Source: a virus (lineage: Duplodnaviria; Caudoviricetes). From it: a DNA stretch of 41,267 bases. Below, piece by piece: positions 9,653 through 17,583 of this stretch (position 1 is its first letter; each line of letters starts with the position of its first letter). The stretch spans positions 1 to 41,267 of IMG/VR virus record IMGVR_UViG_3300008107_000259; one strand, given 5' to 3'. Under the pieces are notes generated by a model. That model saw nothing but the letters and a program-made list of their open reading frames with translations. It was not told the origin of the DNA and ran no database searches. The translations under genes were made by a program, and so were the position numbers.

Positions 9653-9916
9653 GTGAAAATGTCTTTAGATACCTCATTGGCTGTTGCGCAATTAATCGCA
9701 ATCTGCGTTGGCCTGCCTTTGGGCGGGTTTAAAATTTGGCGCAAATTAGATGTAAGGCTGACAGATCAAGATAAACGCTTAGCCCGTATTGAGTACCAGG
9801 TGTATGAAAACGGTGGCATGTCAATGAAGGATCAAATTAATAAATTAGTGGCCAATCAATCTGACATTAAAACAGATGTAGCGGTATTGAAGGCACAAGT
9901 GGAGGCAACGGCATGA
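9653..9916 (+). CDS. Membrane protein in lysis cassette
   Basis: One N-terminal TM helix, NGGMSMKD motif and coiled coil; extended -10 TGgTAACAT 6 nt before the GTG start (leaderless). Confidence 0.65.
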   Translation: MKMSLDTSLAVAQLIAICVGLPLGGFKIWRKLDVRLTDQDKRLARIEYQVYENGGMSMKDQINKLVANQSDIKTDVAVLKAQVEATA

Positions 9917-10377
9917 TCCAAAAAGTATTAGAACTATGTAAGGCATCAGTGGGCTACACAGAAGGCCCAAATAATGACACAACATTTGGTAAATGGTTTG
10001 GCCTTAACAACCAACCCTGGTGCGCTATGGCGGCCTCAAAAATGTATTTTGACGCTGGCATGATCAAGGCTGTAGCCAACACAAAAAAGGGTTTTGCTTC
10101 TTGTGATTTATGGTTAAAGCACCTAACAAAGAACAATCAACTTGTGCCTATCGGTCAGGCTCAGCGTGGGGATCTTGTCTTTTTTCAGTTTGATGAAGAT
10201 GCCGCCCCTGATCATGTAGGCATTGTAAAGTTCCACAATACAGCCCTTAAATACATTCAGGTGTATGAGGGCAACACCTCAAGCGGTAACGCAGGTAGCC
10301 AATCAAACGGTGATGGGTTTTATCTCAAGAGGCGCACCTATAAAACAATCATGGCGGTAGCCCGCCCAAAGGAGTAA
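9913..10377 (+). CDS. Endolysin, CHAP domain
   Basis: PWCAM (catalytic Cys), HVGIV (His) and EGN motifs. Confidence 0.88.
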   Translation: MIQKVLELCKASVGYTEGPNNDTTFGKWFGLNNQPWCAMAASKMYFDAGMIKAVANTKKGFASCDLWLKHLTKNNQLVPIGQAQRGDLVFFQFDEDAAPDHVGIVKFHNTALKYIQVYEGNTSSGNAGSQSNGDGFYLKRRTYKTIMAVARPKE

Positions 10378-10379
10378 AA

Positions 10380-10637
10380 ATGAACGCAAAAGTTAAAGCA
10401 ATACTAGAGTCCTATGTACGCGCTTTTGTTGTAGCGCTAGGCGTTGCATACAGTGATGGATTTACAGGAGTAGAAGAACTTCTTATTGCTGGTTTAATTG
10501 CTACGGCTGGCCCTGCAATCCGCGCAATCAATCCAAAAGATCCTGCGTTTGGCGTAGTTGCAGATGTAGTAACCGCAGAACTAGACAAGTTGGCGAAGGC
10601 AAGCAAGAAGCCCGCGGCCAGAAAGAAAACGAAGTAA
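10380..10637 (+). CDS. Holin
   Basis: Follows the endolysin; hydrophobic segments, NPKDPAFG motif, basic C-terminal tail. Confidence 0.7.
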   Translation: MNAKVKAILESYVRAFVVALGVAYSDGFTGVEELLIAGLIATAGPAIRAINPKDPAFGVVADVVTAELDKLAKASKKPAARKKTK

Positions 10638-10644
10638 GTAAACT

Positions 10645-10667
10645 GCCCCGCTAACGCGGGGCTTTTT
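10645..10667 (+). terminator. Intrinsic terminator after the lysis cassette
   Basis: GCCCCGC-TAAC-GCGGGGC-TTTTT. Confidence 0.85.
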
Positions 10668-10701
10668 ACTTTGCGGTACGCTTCTCGTAGGAGGTAAGGC
10701 A

Positions 10702-10950
10702 ATGGCATTAAATAACGCATTTCAAGAAATAATTAACAAGCGCACAGCCAGTCGTTTTGCAGGGGTTTGTGCATACCAAACAATGTATGACTCACTCAGT
10801 GAAGCAGATAAAAAGACATTAGATGACGCATGGGAAAAAAATTACCCTGTTAATTTAATCGTTCAGGCTTTGCGTTCTGAAGGACATAAATGTAGTTCCG
10901 ACACAATTAGAATTCACAGAAATGGTACTTGCAGGTGTCCAAAGGAGTAA
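10702..10950 (+). CDS. Small Cys/His protein, possibly Zn- or DNA-binding
   Basis: SD GGAGG; C-terminal HRNGTCRC plus an upstream Cys. Confidence 0.6.
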   Translation: MALNNAFQEIINKRTASRFAGVCAYQTMYDSLSEADKKTLDDAWEKNYPVNLIVQALRSEGHKCSSDTIRIHRNGTCRCPKE

Positions 10951-11192
10951 AGGAAGTTCTTGATGATCGCCAAAGTGAATACGGAAGCGCTCGCAAAAAC
11001 TTTACAGCCATAGGCCGCATGTGGGGTGCGCTTTTAGACATAGAGGACATTGACCCCGCCATTGTTGCGTTAATGTTTGACGCGGCAAAGTCAGTGCGCA
11101 TCACGGCCAACTTAGAGCATGAAGATAGTTGGATAGACAAAGAAGGCTACACACACCACGGCAAGGAGATCGTGTTTACAAATGAGCCTTGA
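10935..11192 (+). CDS. DUF6378-like protein
   Basis: DRQSEYG...NF..IG..W and HEDSWIDKEGY motifs; start uncertain (10929 or 10935). Confidence 0.65.
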   Translation: MSKGVKEVLDDRQSEYGSARKNFTAIGRMWGALLDIEDIDPAIVALMFDAAKSVRITANLEHEDSWIDKEGYTHHGKEIVFTNEP

Positions 11193-12213
11193 AAAAAGAT
11201 TACAGGACATGCCTGAAGGCATTGAGTCACAAGATGTAAAAGAATTACGCCAAGTAATTTTGCGATTACAAAAACAACTTAAGCAATCTAGAGAACGCAG
11301 TGAAGATTTAGTAGAAGCAACTCACCGCGGCGCTTATGACGCAATGATTGCATTGGGTGCAGTGCCGCCTGTTTCTGCGCCACAAAAAGATACGCGCAAA
11401 ATAAATGCTGAAGTTGCTTTAATTCACACAACGGATTGGCAAGGCGCAAAAGTTACAACCAGTTACAACAGCGAAATTATGCGGGATCGCGTGATGCAAT
11501 TTTCTGAAAAAGTTGTACACCTGACTGATCTGCAACGCCATCATCACCCTGTAAAAGAATGTGTAGTGATGTTTGGCGGTGACATGGTTGAAGGTTTGTT
11601 TAACTATCCTGCGCAGTTATGGCAGATAGATGCTTCACTCTTTGGCCAATTCACCACTGTTTCAAGGCTTTGCGTGGATTTTGTGCGCACAATGTTGGCT
11701 AACTTTGAAAAGGTCACAGTGATTGCAGAGTGGGGAAATCACGGGCGCATTGGTGGCAAGCGCGCAGAAGTACCTAAATCTGACAATGTGGATCGCATGG
11801 TTTATGAAATGAGCCGCCAAATCCTTGCAGGGGAAAAGCGTTTAACCTGGGAGGATTGTCCAGAGGACATTCAAGAAGTTGAGATTGGTAATTACCGCGC
11901 CCTGCTTATGCATGGTGATGAATTAGGCCGTTCAGGATTTGCAAGCCCTGCGGCATGGATTGCAGGCGCTAACCGTTGGAAAGCGGGCGCACATGATTAC
12001 GATTTCCACGACATTTTCTTAGGTCACTATCACCGACATGCACAAGAGCCAATTCAAAAGCACTACAACATTTATTGGACAGGTTCAACAGAGTCAGATA
12101 ACCGTTATGCCCGTGACTCAATGGCCGCTAGTGGCAGACCGTCACAGCGTTTGCACTTTGTAGATCCAATTAAGGGCAGAACTACAGCCCAGTATCAAGT
12201 TTGGTTGGATTGA
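11182..12213 (+). CDS. Calcineurin-like metallophosphoesterase
   Basis: TDWQ, GGD, GNH, HGD and GHYH motifs; N-terminal coiled coil. Confidence 0.85.
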   Translation: MSLEKRLQDMPEGIESQDVKELRQVILRLQKQLKQSRERSEDLVEATHRGAYDAMIALGAVPPVSAPQKDTRKINAEVALIHTTDWQGAKVTTSYNSEIMRDRVMQFSEKVVHLTDLQRHHHPVKECVVMFGGDMVEGLFNYPAQLWQIDASLFGQFTTVSRLCVDFVRTMLANFEKVTVIAEWGNHGRIGGKRAEVPKSDNVDRMVYEMSRQILAGEKRLTWEDCPEDIQEVEIGNYRALLMHGDELGRSGFASPAAWIAGANRWKAGAHDYDFHDIFLGHYHRHAQEPIQKHYNIYWTGSTESDNRYARDSMAASGRPSQRLHFVDPIKGRTTAQYQVWLD

Positions 12214-12674
12214 TGGCGCTTGAACCAATCAGAGAAGTATTAAGCGACAATGCAAAAGAGCGCGCAATGGCGGCGTTCTTACAAGAGGCTATGAAATGGG
12301 AACTTTTCCCAACCCCTAAATTTTATTTTACTGATTTCCACATCTTGCAACTGTATGACAATGGGCGCAAGAACTACATTGGTGATCTTGAAATTAAATG
12401 GTTGAACATACCTAGCAATGTTCCCGCAATTTTCCCGTTCAATAAATTACAACAAATGATGATTGCCCCACCGTACACAGATAGCCCTAACTCATTTCAT
12501 AGGATCTGTTTTAGATTTACTGATGGTGTTTTGATGTTGCCTGTAAAGGAATTGGCCCGTTTGCACCCTGAAGTACACACGCGGCGCGATACTAATGAAA
12601 CGGATTTAGTTGTAAAAGTTTCTGTTTCTGATTACACAAAATACTTCAAACCGATTGTTATTGCTGAGCCTTAA
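12213..12674 (+). CDS. PD-(D/E)xK nuclease-like protein
   Basis: TDF...DLEIK motif; TGATG coupling to the upstream gene. Confidence 0.5.
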   Translation: MALEPIREVLSDNAKERAMAAFLQEAMKWELFPTPKFYFTDFHILQLYDNGRKNYIGDLEIKWLNIPSNVPAIFPFNKLQQMMIAPPYTDSPNSFHRICFRFTDGVLMLPVKELARLHPEVHTRRDTNETDLVVKVSVSDYTKYFKPIVIAEP

Positions 12675-12877
12675 TCTTCATCATCATCTGAGTAATCAGA
12701 GGTGATTAGGCGCATGTCAGAAACATCTACACCCGCTTCAACGGCTTTATCCATTGCGTCTTTAAATGTTGATAGGCAACGCCCAGTTAGATCGCTAACC
12801 ATGTCGGGATAGGTTGCTTCTGTTCCCAGTTCAACCATAAGACCGCCTAAGCGGATTGAAATTTGTGAATAAGCCAT
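12671..12877 (-). CDS. Hypothetical protein with acidic tail
   Basis: SD AGGGGG before ATG; convergent 4-bp overlap with the previous gene; ends DYSDDDED. Confidence 0.65.
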   Translation of the reverse strand: MAYSQISIRLGGLMVELGTEATYPDMVSDLTGRCLSTFKDAMDKAVEAGVDVSDMRLITSDYSDDDED

Positions 12878-12939
12878 GATTTCCCCCTGGCCCTAAGTAT
12901 GGCATTTCCGACACGCCAGGAACATAAATTACGGGGTGC

Positions 12940-12968
12940 TTGTATTTGTCAGCGCCATAGGCTTTAAT
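12940..12968 (+). promoter_or_regulatory. Putative sigma-A promoter of the recombination/replication operon
   Basis: TTGTAT-N17-TTTAAT followed by a leader hairpin GGGCT-AGTT-AGCCC (12980-12993). Confidence 0.5.
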
Positions 12969-13011
12969 CCTCCTTACACGGGCTAGTTAGCCCCAAACAG
13001 GAAGGTTACAA

Positions 13012-13602
13012 ATGGCAAGTTACAAAGGCCCACTTGATTACATTGATGTGGCAACAAGAATTATTGAGTTCAGAGAAAAGTTTCCGCATGGTTCATTACA
13101 GTCATGGAAAGATCCCTATGTAATTGAAGTGAAGATGCCTGACGGATCTATTAAAAGTTACATGGTGTACAGCGCCGCGGCATACCGTTCGCCTGATGAC
13201 TCATTACCAGGCGTAGGTTGGGCATACGAGCCAATCCCAGGGCCAACCAACTTTACCCGTGACTCTGAATTACAAAACGCTGAGACAGCCGCCTGGGGGC
13301 GCGCAATGGTGGCCGCTCTTGCAGTGGACACAAAAAAGGGCATTGCATCATCTGAAGAAGTACGCAACCGCCAAACTAAAACAACTGATGCGCCACAAGC
13401 AAAAGCACCTGCGGCAAAACGCGAATACACAGAAGATGAAAAGGCCAGTGCATTTGCTGTTTACACATTGGTAGAAACGCAATCAGATGTGGAAGAACTC
13501 AAAGCGGCATGGCAACTCAATGCAGATTTGCTTGATGTTGTAATCAATGGCGTAAGTCTGCGTGATCACATTTTGGCGCGTAAGGCGGCACTCAATGGAT
13601 AA
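13012..13602 (+). CDS. Single-strand annealing protein (Rad52/Sak-like)
   Basis: YIDVATRI..F and NAETAAWGRA motifs; upstream of a Cas4-like exonuclease. Confidence 0.6.
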   Translation: MASYKGPLDYIDVATRIIEFREKFPHGSLQSWKDPYVIEVKMPDGSIKSYMVYSAAAYRSPDDSLPGVGWAYEPIPGPTNFTRDSELQNAETAAWGRAMVAALAVDTKKGIASSEEVRNRQTKTTDAPQAKAPAAKREYTEDEKASAFAVYTLVETQSDVEELKAAWQLNADLLDVVINGVSLRDHILARKAALNG

Positions 13603-13900
13603 CAGCGTAACGATTGCACACAACGCGCAACGCACATCAATCGCCGCGGCTATAAAAGTTTTGCCTAAAACTGGATCGCTCAAGCGCAAAGTGTATGAAT
13701 ACATTTTGAACCAGGGTTTGCGCGGTGTTACAGATTATGAAATTGAAAAAACATTACAAATAGAGGGCAATACAGTGCGCCCGACACGGATCAGCCTTGT
13801 AAAAGATGGTTACATCATTGACACAGGCACAACAAGAAAAAACCACCACAACAATGACTGCATAGTTTGGCGCGCAGTAGAGGAAGGAATGATGCTATGA
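13595..13900 (+). CDS. Winged-helix DNA-binding protein
   Basis: GVTDYEIEKTLQIEGNTVRPTRISLVKDGYI winged-HTH pattern. Confidence 0.7.
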   Translation: MDNSVTIAHNAQRTSIAAAIKVLPKTGSLKRKVYEYILNQGLRGVTDYEIEKTLQIEGNTVRPTRISLVKDGYIIDTGTTRKNHHNNDCIVWRAVEEGMML

Positions 13901-14151
13901 GTAACAAGGAAAACAAATTTGAACCATCAAACGGATTAAAGGTTGCAGTTCATTTCAACATTATTGCAATCCGCGCAGTAGCCCAGGAGTTAGACATTTT
14001 CCCTGAAGTGTTGGCTGAGAAGTTAGACAGAGCGGGATTTATGCTTACCCCTGATCCGTTTAACATCTCGTCAGATGCAGGCAAAGTAATCGTGTTGCAG
14101 AACAAGCGCGAGAACTCAAACATCAGTTTGGTTAAAGATAATGATGAGTGA
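13897..14151 (+). CDS. Hypothetical protein
   Basis: ATGA overlap with the upstream gene. Confidence 0.6.
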   Translation: MSNKENKFEPSNGLKVAVHFNIIAIRAVAQELDIFPEVLAEKLDRAGFMLTPDPFNISSDAGKVIVLQNKRENSNISLVKDNDE

Positions 14152-14512
14152 AATTGTTACACCCGCAATGGTGGAACAAAAATTACGCGGGCTCTCTAAA
14201 GAAGTTGATGAAGCGCACAAAGCGTTAATTGAAACAGAAACCAGTTATCACACAATCAAAGCAGATTATGAGATAGCAATGGCTAAATCCCGCATGACTT
14301 ACGCAACCAAATCAGCGCCCACTGGTAAGAACTACACCGTGGGAGAGCGTGAGGACATGGCGCTTATTGAAAATGAAGAATTGCATAAGAGCCTGGCTAT
14401 TGTACAAGCGCGTGTTTTGGCATCACGGGCCAATACAAATAGATTAAAAACTCAAGTTGAAATTGCTAGATCCGTAGGCACATCAGTGCGTACAAGTATG
14501 GATCTAACATGA
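14141..14512 (+). CDS. Coiled-coil protein (possibly UvsY-like mediator)
   Basis: All-helical heptad pattern within the recombination cluster; function is a guess. Confidence 0.45.
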   Translation: MMSEIVTPAMVEQKLRGLSKEVDEAHKALIETETSYHTIKADYEIAMAKSRMTYATKSAPTGKNYTVGEREDMALIENEELHKSLAIVQARVLASRANTNRLKTQVEIARSVGTSVRTSMDLT

Positions 14513-14685
14513 TTACTTTTGCGATTGGTTTAGTTATAGGCGTTTTTATTGGTTATTGGGCTTACCCGTTGTACATGGCAGTTAAGTTGTACAGAATAAG
14601 AAAAAGAATAGAACAGATAGAAAAAGATTTTATGGTTTTAAAAGAAGATTTGCATGGCAAACAATGGAATGAGGATAATTTGTGA
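14509..14685 (+). CDS. Small membrane-anchored protein (58 aa, not in ORF track)
   Basis: MITFAIGLVIGVFIGYWAYP TM segment; ATGA and GTGA overlaps with both neighbours. Confidence 0.7.
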   Translation: MITFAIGLVIGVFIGYWAYPLYMAVKLYRIRKRIEQIEKDFMVLKEDLHGKQWNEDNL

Positions 14686-15353
14686 TTAACTTTCAAGAAA
14701 TGATTACAAAAACCCTGGTTGCTAACGACAATTCAAGGGCAAGATCACAACAAACAGCCATTGGCCCATCTGCAATTGGTGGGTGTCACCGCAGGCTTTG
14801 GCATGACATTGCACAAACTGATCCAACAAATGTTGGTGACAAGTTAGGCGCAATTTTGGGAACTTTCATTCACACTGGCATTGAAGATGCAATACGCCGT
14901 GAAGATCCATTTGGCGTTCAGTATGAATTAGAAATTGCTGTTGAAGCCAATGGAGTGCCTGGCCATGTGGATTGCTACGACAAAATCAACCATACCGTTA
15001 TTGACTGGAAAACAATTAAAAAAGGCAGTGGCCGTTATTTTGGTGGCAATAATCGTCAGCAAGTATGGCAAGTTCATCTTTACGGTTATTTGCTTACGCA
15101 AAACGGTTACATTGTTAAAGATGTAGCGCTTGTTGGTATTCCGCGTGATGGCAAAATGTCAGACATTTTGGTTTATTCCGCACCGTATGATGAACAAATT
15201 GCATTAGAAGCCTTAGATCATTTAGAAAAAACGCGTGACATGGTTGAGCAACAACTCAAACCACGGCCTGAAAAACCTTTGGCGTTTTGCGCAGACTTCT
15301 GCCCCTACTACGATCCGAGCGGAGAAGTGGGTTGTCCGAGTACACAAAAATAA
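14682..15353 (+). CDS. Cas4-like PD-(D/E)xK exonuclease
   Basis: PSAIGGC, GHVD, IDWKT, QVHLY and C-terminal C-x3-C-x9-C Fe-S ligand pattern. Confidence 0.85.
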   Translation: MINFQEMITKTLVANDNSRARSQQTAIGPSAIGGCHRRLWHDIAQTDPTNVGDKLGAILGTFIHTGIEDAIRREDPFGVQYELEIAVEANGVPGHVDCYDKINHTVIDWKTIKKGSGRYFGGNNRQQVWQVHLYGYLLTQNGYIVKDVALVGIPRDGKMSDILVYSAPYDEQIALEALDHLEKTRDMVEQQLKPRPEKPLAFCADFCPYYDPSGEVGCPSTQK

Positions 15354-15700
15354 ATGGAGAAGATTACAAAAAAGTTGATTGGGAAAAGGCTGAGTGCAGG
15401 CGTTTAGAAATCTACACAGATTTGTTTTATCAAGTAGAAGAAGAACGCTCAACAAATGCTTACGATCACATCAATTCTTTGCGGGCCATCTGCCTCTCTT
15501 GCCCTATTTGGAAAGAATGTTTAACCTACGCGTTCGCTAATGAAAATTACGGAATGTGGGGCGGCATGACTAGCCAAGAGCGGGTCAGTATGAGTCAGCC
15601 TTTGAGTTATCCAAATCAACGGATAAGAGGCTTGCAATCATTGGCAGAACACGGAATTTCAATGAGAGAAATTAAAGAATGTATGAAGGAGGCGCAATGA
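15332..15700 (+). CDS. whiB: WhiB-family transcription factor
   Basis: W..AEC...LFY...CLSCP...C and YGMWGGMT..ER motifs; start uncertain. Confidence 0.92.
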   Translation: MSEYTKINGEDYKKVDWEKAECRRLEIYTDLFYQVEEERSTNAYDHINSLRAICLSCPIWKECLTYAFANENYGMWGGMTSQERVSMSQPLSYPNQRIRGLQSLAEHGISMREIKECMKEAQ

Positions 15701-16509
15701 CTTCATTGCCATACATGCAGTTGTATGTTTCAGATTATTTAGCCGATACAGCGCATTTAACGGCTCAACAACACGGCGCTTACATGCTGTTGTTGATGAA
15801 TTACTGGCAACGCGGAAAAGCATTGGATAACACCAATGAGCGTTTGTCACATGTGGCCCGTCTTAGTCCTGAAGAATGGGCAGAGGCAAAGCCAACGCTA
15901 GAAGAATTTTTTATTATTGACGGTAATTTATGGACACATGCCAGGGTAGAAGATGACCTTGAAAAGATCCGTGAGAAGTCTGCAAAGGCTTCATTTGCGG
16001 GTAAAAAATCGGTTGTTGCGCGTGGATTAAACGAGCGTTCAACAAACGCTGAACAGTCGTTGAACCATAAAGAGGAAGATAAAGAGGAAGATAAAGATAA
16101 AGACATAAACAAAAAAGATTTGTTTGTGGATTTTTGGAATGTTTATCCAATCAAGGTTGGAAAAGGTGCGGCACTTAAAGCGTTTGAAAAAGCGATCCGT
16201 ACAACTGATGCAGACATAATCATTAAAGGCGCTCTGAGGTACAAATCAGACCCTAATAGAGTGCCAGGGTACACAGCACATGCCTCCACCTGGTTAAACG
16301 CTCAGAGATGGCTTGATGACCCTTTGCCGCCCCGTAATCTTTCTCCCGCAGAAATCAAGGAAAAAGAATTACAAGATGCAAGAGCAAAAGCAGAACGAGA
16401 AAGAGCGGAGAATGAAGCATGGTTCAAGGAACAAGAACTACAAAGAGAACGAGCCGTACCACCACCCGCAGAACTCAGAGAACTATTGAGAAAGAGTTTT
16501 ACAAAATAA
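15697..16509 (+). CDS. Replication initiator (DUF1376/YdaU-like)
   Basis: LPYMQLYVSDYLADTAHL...GAYMLLL..YW N-terminus; FWNVYP.KVGK and HASTWLN..RW C-terminal domain; internal repeats. Confidence 0.8.
   Translation: MTSLPYMQLYVSDYLADTAHLTAQQHGAYMLLLMNYWQRGKALDNTNERLSHVARLSPEEWAEAKPTLEEFFIIDGNLWTHARVEDDLEKIREKSAKASFAGKKSVVARGLNERSTNAEQSLNHKEEDKEEDKDKDINKKDLFVDFWNVYPIKVGKGAALKAFEKAIRTTDADIIIKGALRYKSDPNRVPGYTAHASTWLNAQRWLDDPLPPRNLSPAEIKEKELQDARAKAERERAENEAWFKEQELQRERAVPPPAELRELLRKSFTK
16030..16110. repeat. Iteron-like repeats inside the initiator gene (candidate origin)
   Basis: Three tandem 11-mers AACGAGCGTTC/AACAAACGCTG/AACAGTCGTTG, then a duplicated AAAGAGGAAGAT and an A-rich tract. Confidence 0.55.
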
Positions 16510-16522
16510 CTCAAACATTATC

Positions 16523-16553
16523 TGTAACTGTTACACTTGATGTAACCATTACA
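16523..16553. promoter_or_regulatory. Tandem palindromic operators overlapping an extended -10
   Basis: TGTAACTGTTACA (16523-16535) and TGTAACCATTACA (16541-16553); TGtTACACT at 16529-16537. Confidence 0.65.
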
Positions 16554-16562
16554 GGAGGAACT

Positions 16563-16751
16563 ATGACTAAGCAATTAGTTGATCCCGCAGTTGTGCAACC
16601 AGGTGATCATGTATTAGTTAATAATCATGATTTAATGGTGAAATACATTCAAGGCCCTGATCATGTTGGCGTTTATGATTTTCATGGCGTTAATGAAATG
16701 GGCGCAGATCAAATTGCAACAGCGCAGGATCTCATTACACTGATCAGGTGA
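16563..16751 (+). CDS. Hypothetical protein
   Basis: SD GGAGG before ATG 16563; the track's longer 16419 start overlaps the initiator gene. Confidence 0.7.
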   Translation: MTKQLVDPAVVQPGDHVLVNNHDLMVKYIQGPDHVGVYDFHGVNEMGADQIATAQDLITLIR

Positions 16752-17128
16752 TTACTTTTCAGGTAGATGGCCAACCAGTTCCGCAAGGATCTATGAAAGT
16801 CATCAACGGGCATGTCATTCATGCCAAAGGTTCAGAACTGGCCGCGTGGCGTTCTGCCATTGCTTTGCGGGCTAGAGAGGCAGGGGCAAAGCCCCACCTT
16901 GAGCCAGTGGAAATTGACATGATCTTCACAATGGCCCGCCCAAAGACCGTGAACCGCCCTGAGCCGTCAGTAGCCCCTGACCTGGATAAACTGGTTAGAG
17001 CGGTGCTAGACGGCCTTACAGCCATTGCCTACCGTGATGATGGGCAGGTTGTACGCCTGACCGCGGCTAAGCAGTACGGGATCAACCCTGGCCTTTGGGT
17101 TCAAATGTGGGCCAAAATGCCTGCGTAG
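16748..17128 (+). CDS. rusA: RusA-family Holliday junction resolvase
   Basis: PVPQGS, PDLDKLVRAVLDGL and DDGQVV motifs. Confidence 0.9.
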   Translation: MITFQVDGQPVPQGSMKVINGHVIHAKGSELAAWRSAIALRAREAGAKPHLEPVEIDMIFTMARPKTVNRPEPSVAPDLDKLVRAVLDGLTAIAYRDDGQVVRLTAAKQYGINPGLWVQMWAKMPA

Positions 17129-17132
17129 GGTG

Positions 17133-17148
17133 TGTGAGCCAAATCACA
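17133..17148. promoter_or_regulatory. CRP/GlxR consensus site
   Basis: TGTGA-GCCAAA-TCACA; the palindrome extends to 17131-17150. Confidence 0.7.
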
Positions 17149-17178
17149 CAATAAATGGCACAAATAATGCAAATGTTT

Positions 17179-17207
17179 TTGACACAACCTTAAATTTGCC
17201 GTAATTT
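17179..17207 (+). promoter_or_regulatory. Sigma-A promoter of the small early-gene cluster
   Basis: TTGACA-N17-TAATTT. Confidence 0.8.
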
Positions 17208-17251
17208 ATTCCTTGTAAGGGAGATCCACTCCCAAAGGAAGAAGGCACACA

Positions 17252-17581
17252 ATGACTCAAGATTTAACAGCATCACAAAAAGCAAAGCGCACACGCTTAC
17301 ATAAGAAGGCTTATGCAATTATGGATCAAACAGTTGCTCCACAATACGAAAAGTGGGAAGCGGCTTTAGATCGCAATTGCGCAATCCGTGACCGTTACAT
17401 TGCAAAACTTCAAGCAGAGCGTGACGCGGCTATTGCTGAAATCAACCGCAAGTATGAAGAAGATTACGCAATTCAGATTGCTCAATTTGAACACATGATG
17501 AAGCCAACACAAGATGCTTACGACAAAGCGCGTGAAGAAGCATGGGTTGTTTATTGCGAAACAATGAAGGCAGGCAACTAA
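17252..17581 (+). CDS. Hypothetical helical protein
   Basis: First ORF after the promoter; SD present. Confidence 0.75.
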   Translation: MTQDLTASQKAKRTRLHKKAYAIMDQTVAPQYEKWEAALDRNCAIRDRYIAKLQAERDAAIAEINRKYEEDYAIQIAQFEHMMKPTQDAYDKAREEAWVVYCETMKAGN

Positions 17582-17583
17582 TT

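Noticed and set aside
12908-12917. GACAC (WhiA-type motif) in intergenic regions, also at 17181 and 20878
   Set aside because: A 5-mer occurs often by chance and the spacing to -10 elements is inconsistent.
14682-15353. Cas4-like gene as evidence of a CRISPR-Cas system
   Set aside because: No array or other cas genes; stand-alone Cas4-like exonucleases near annealing proteins are common in phages.
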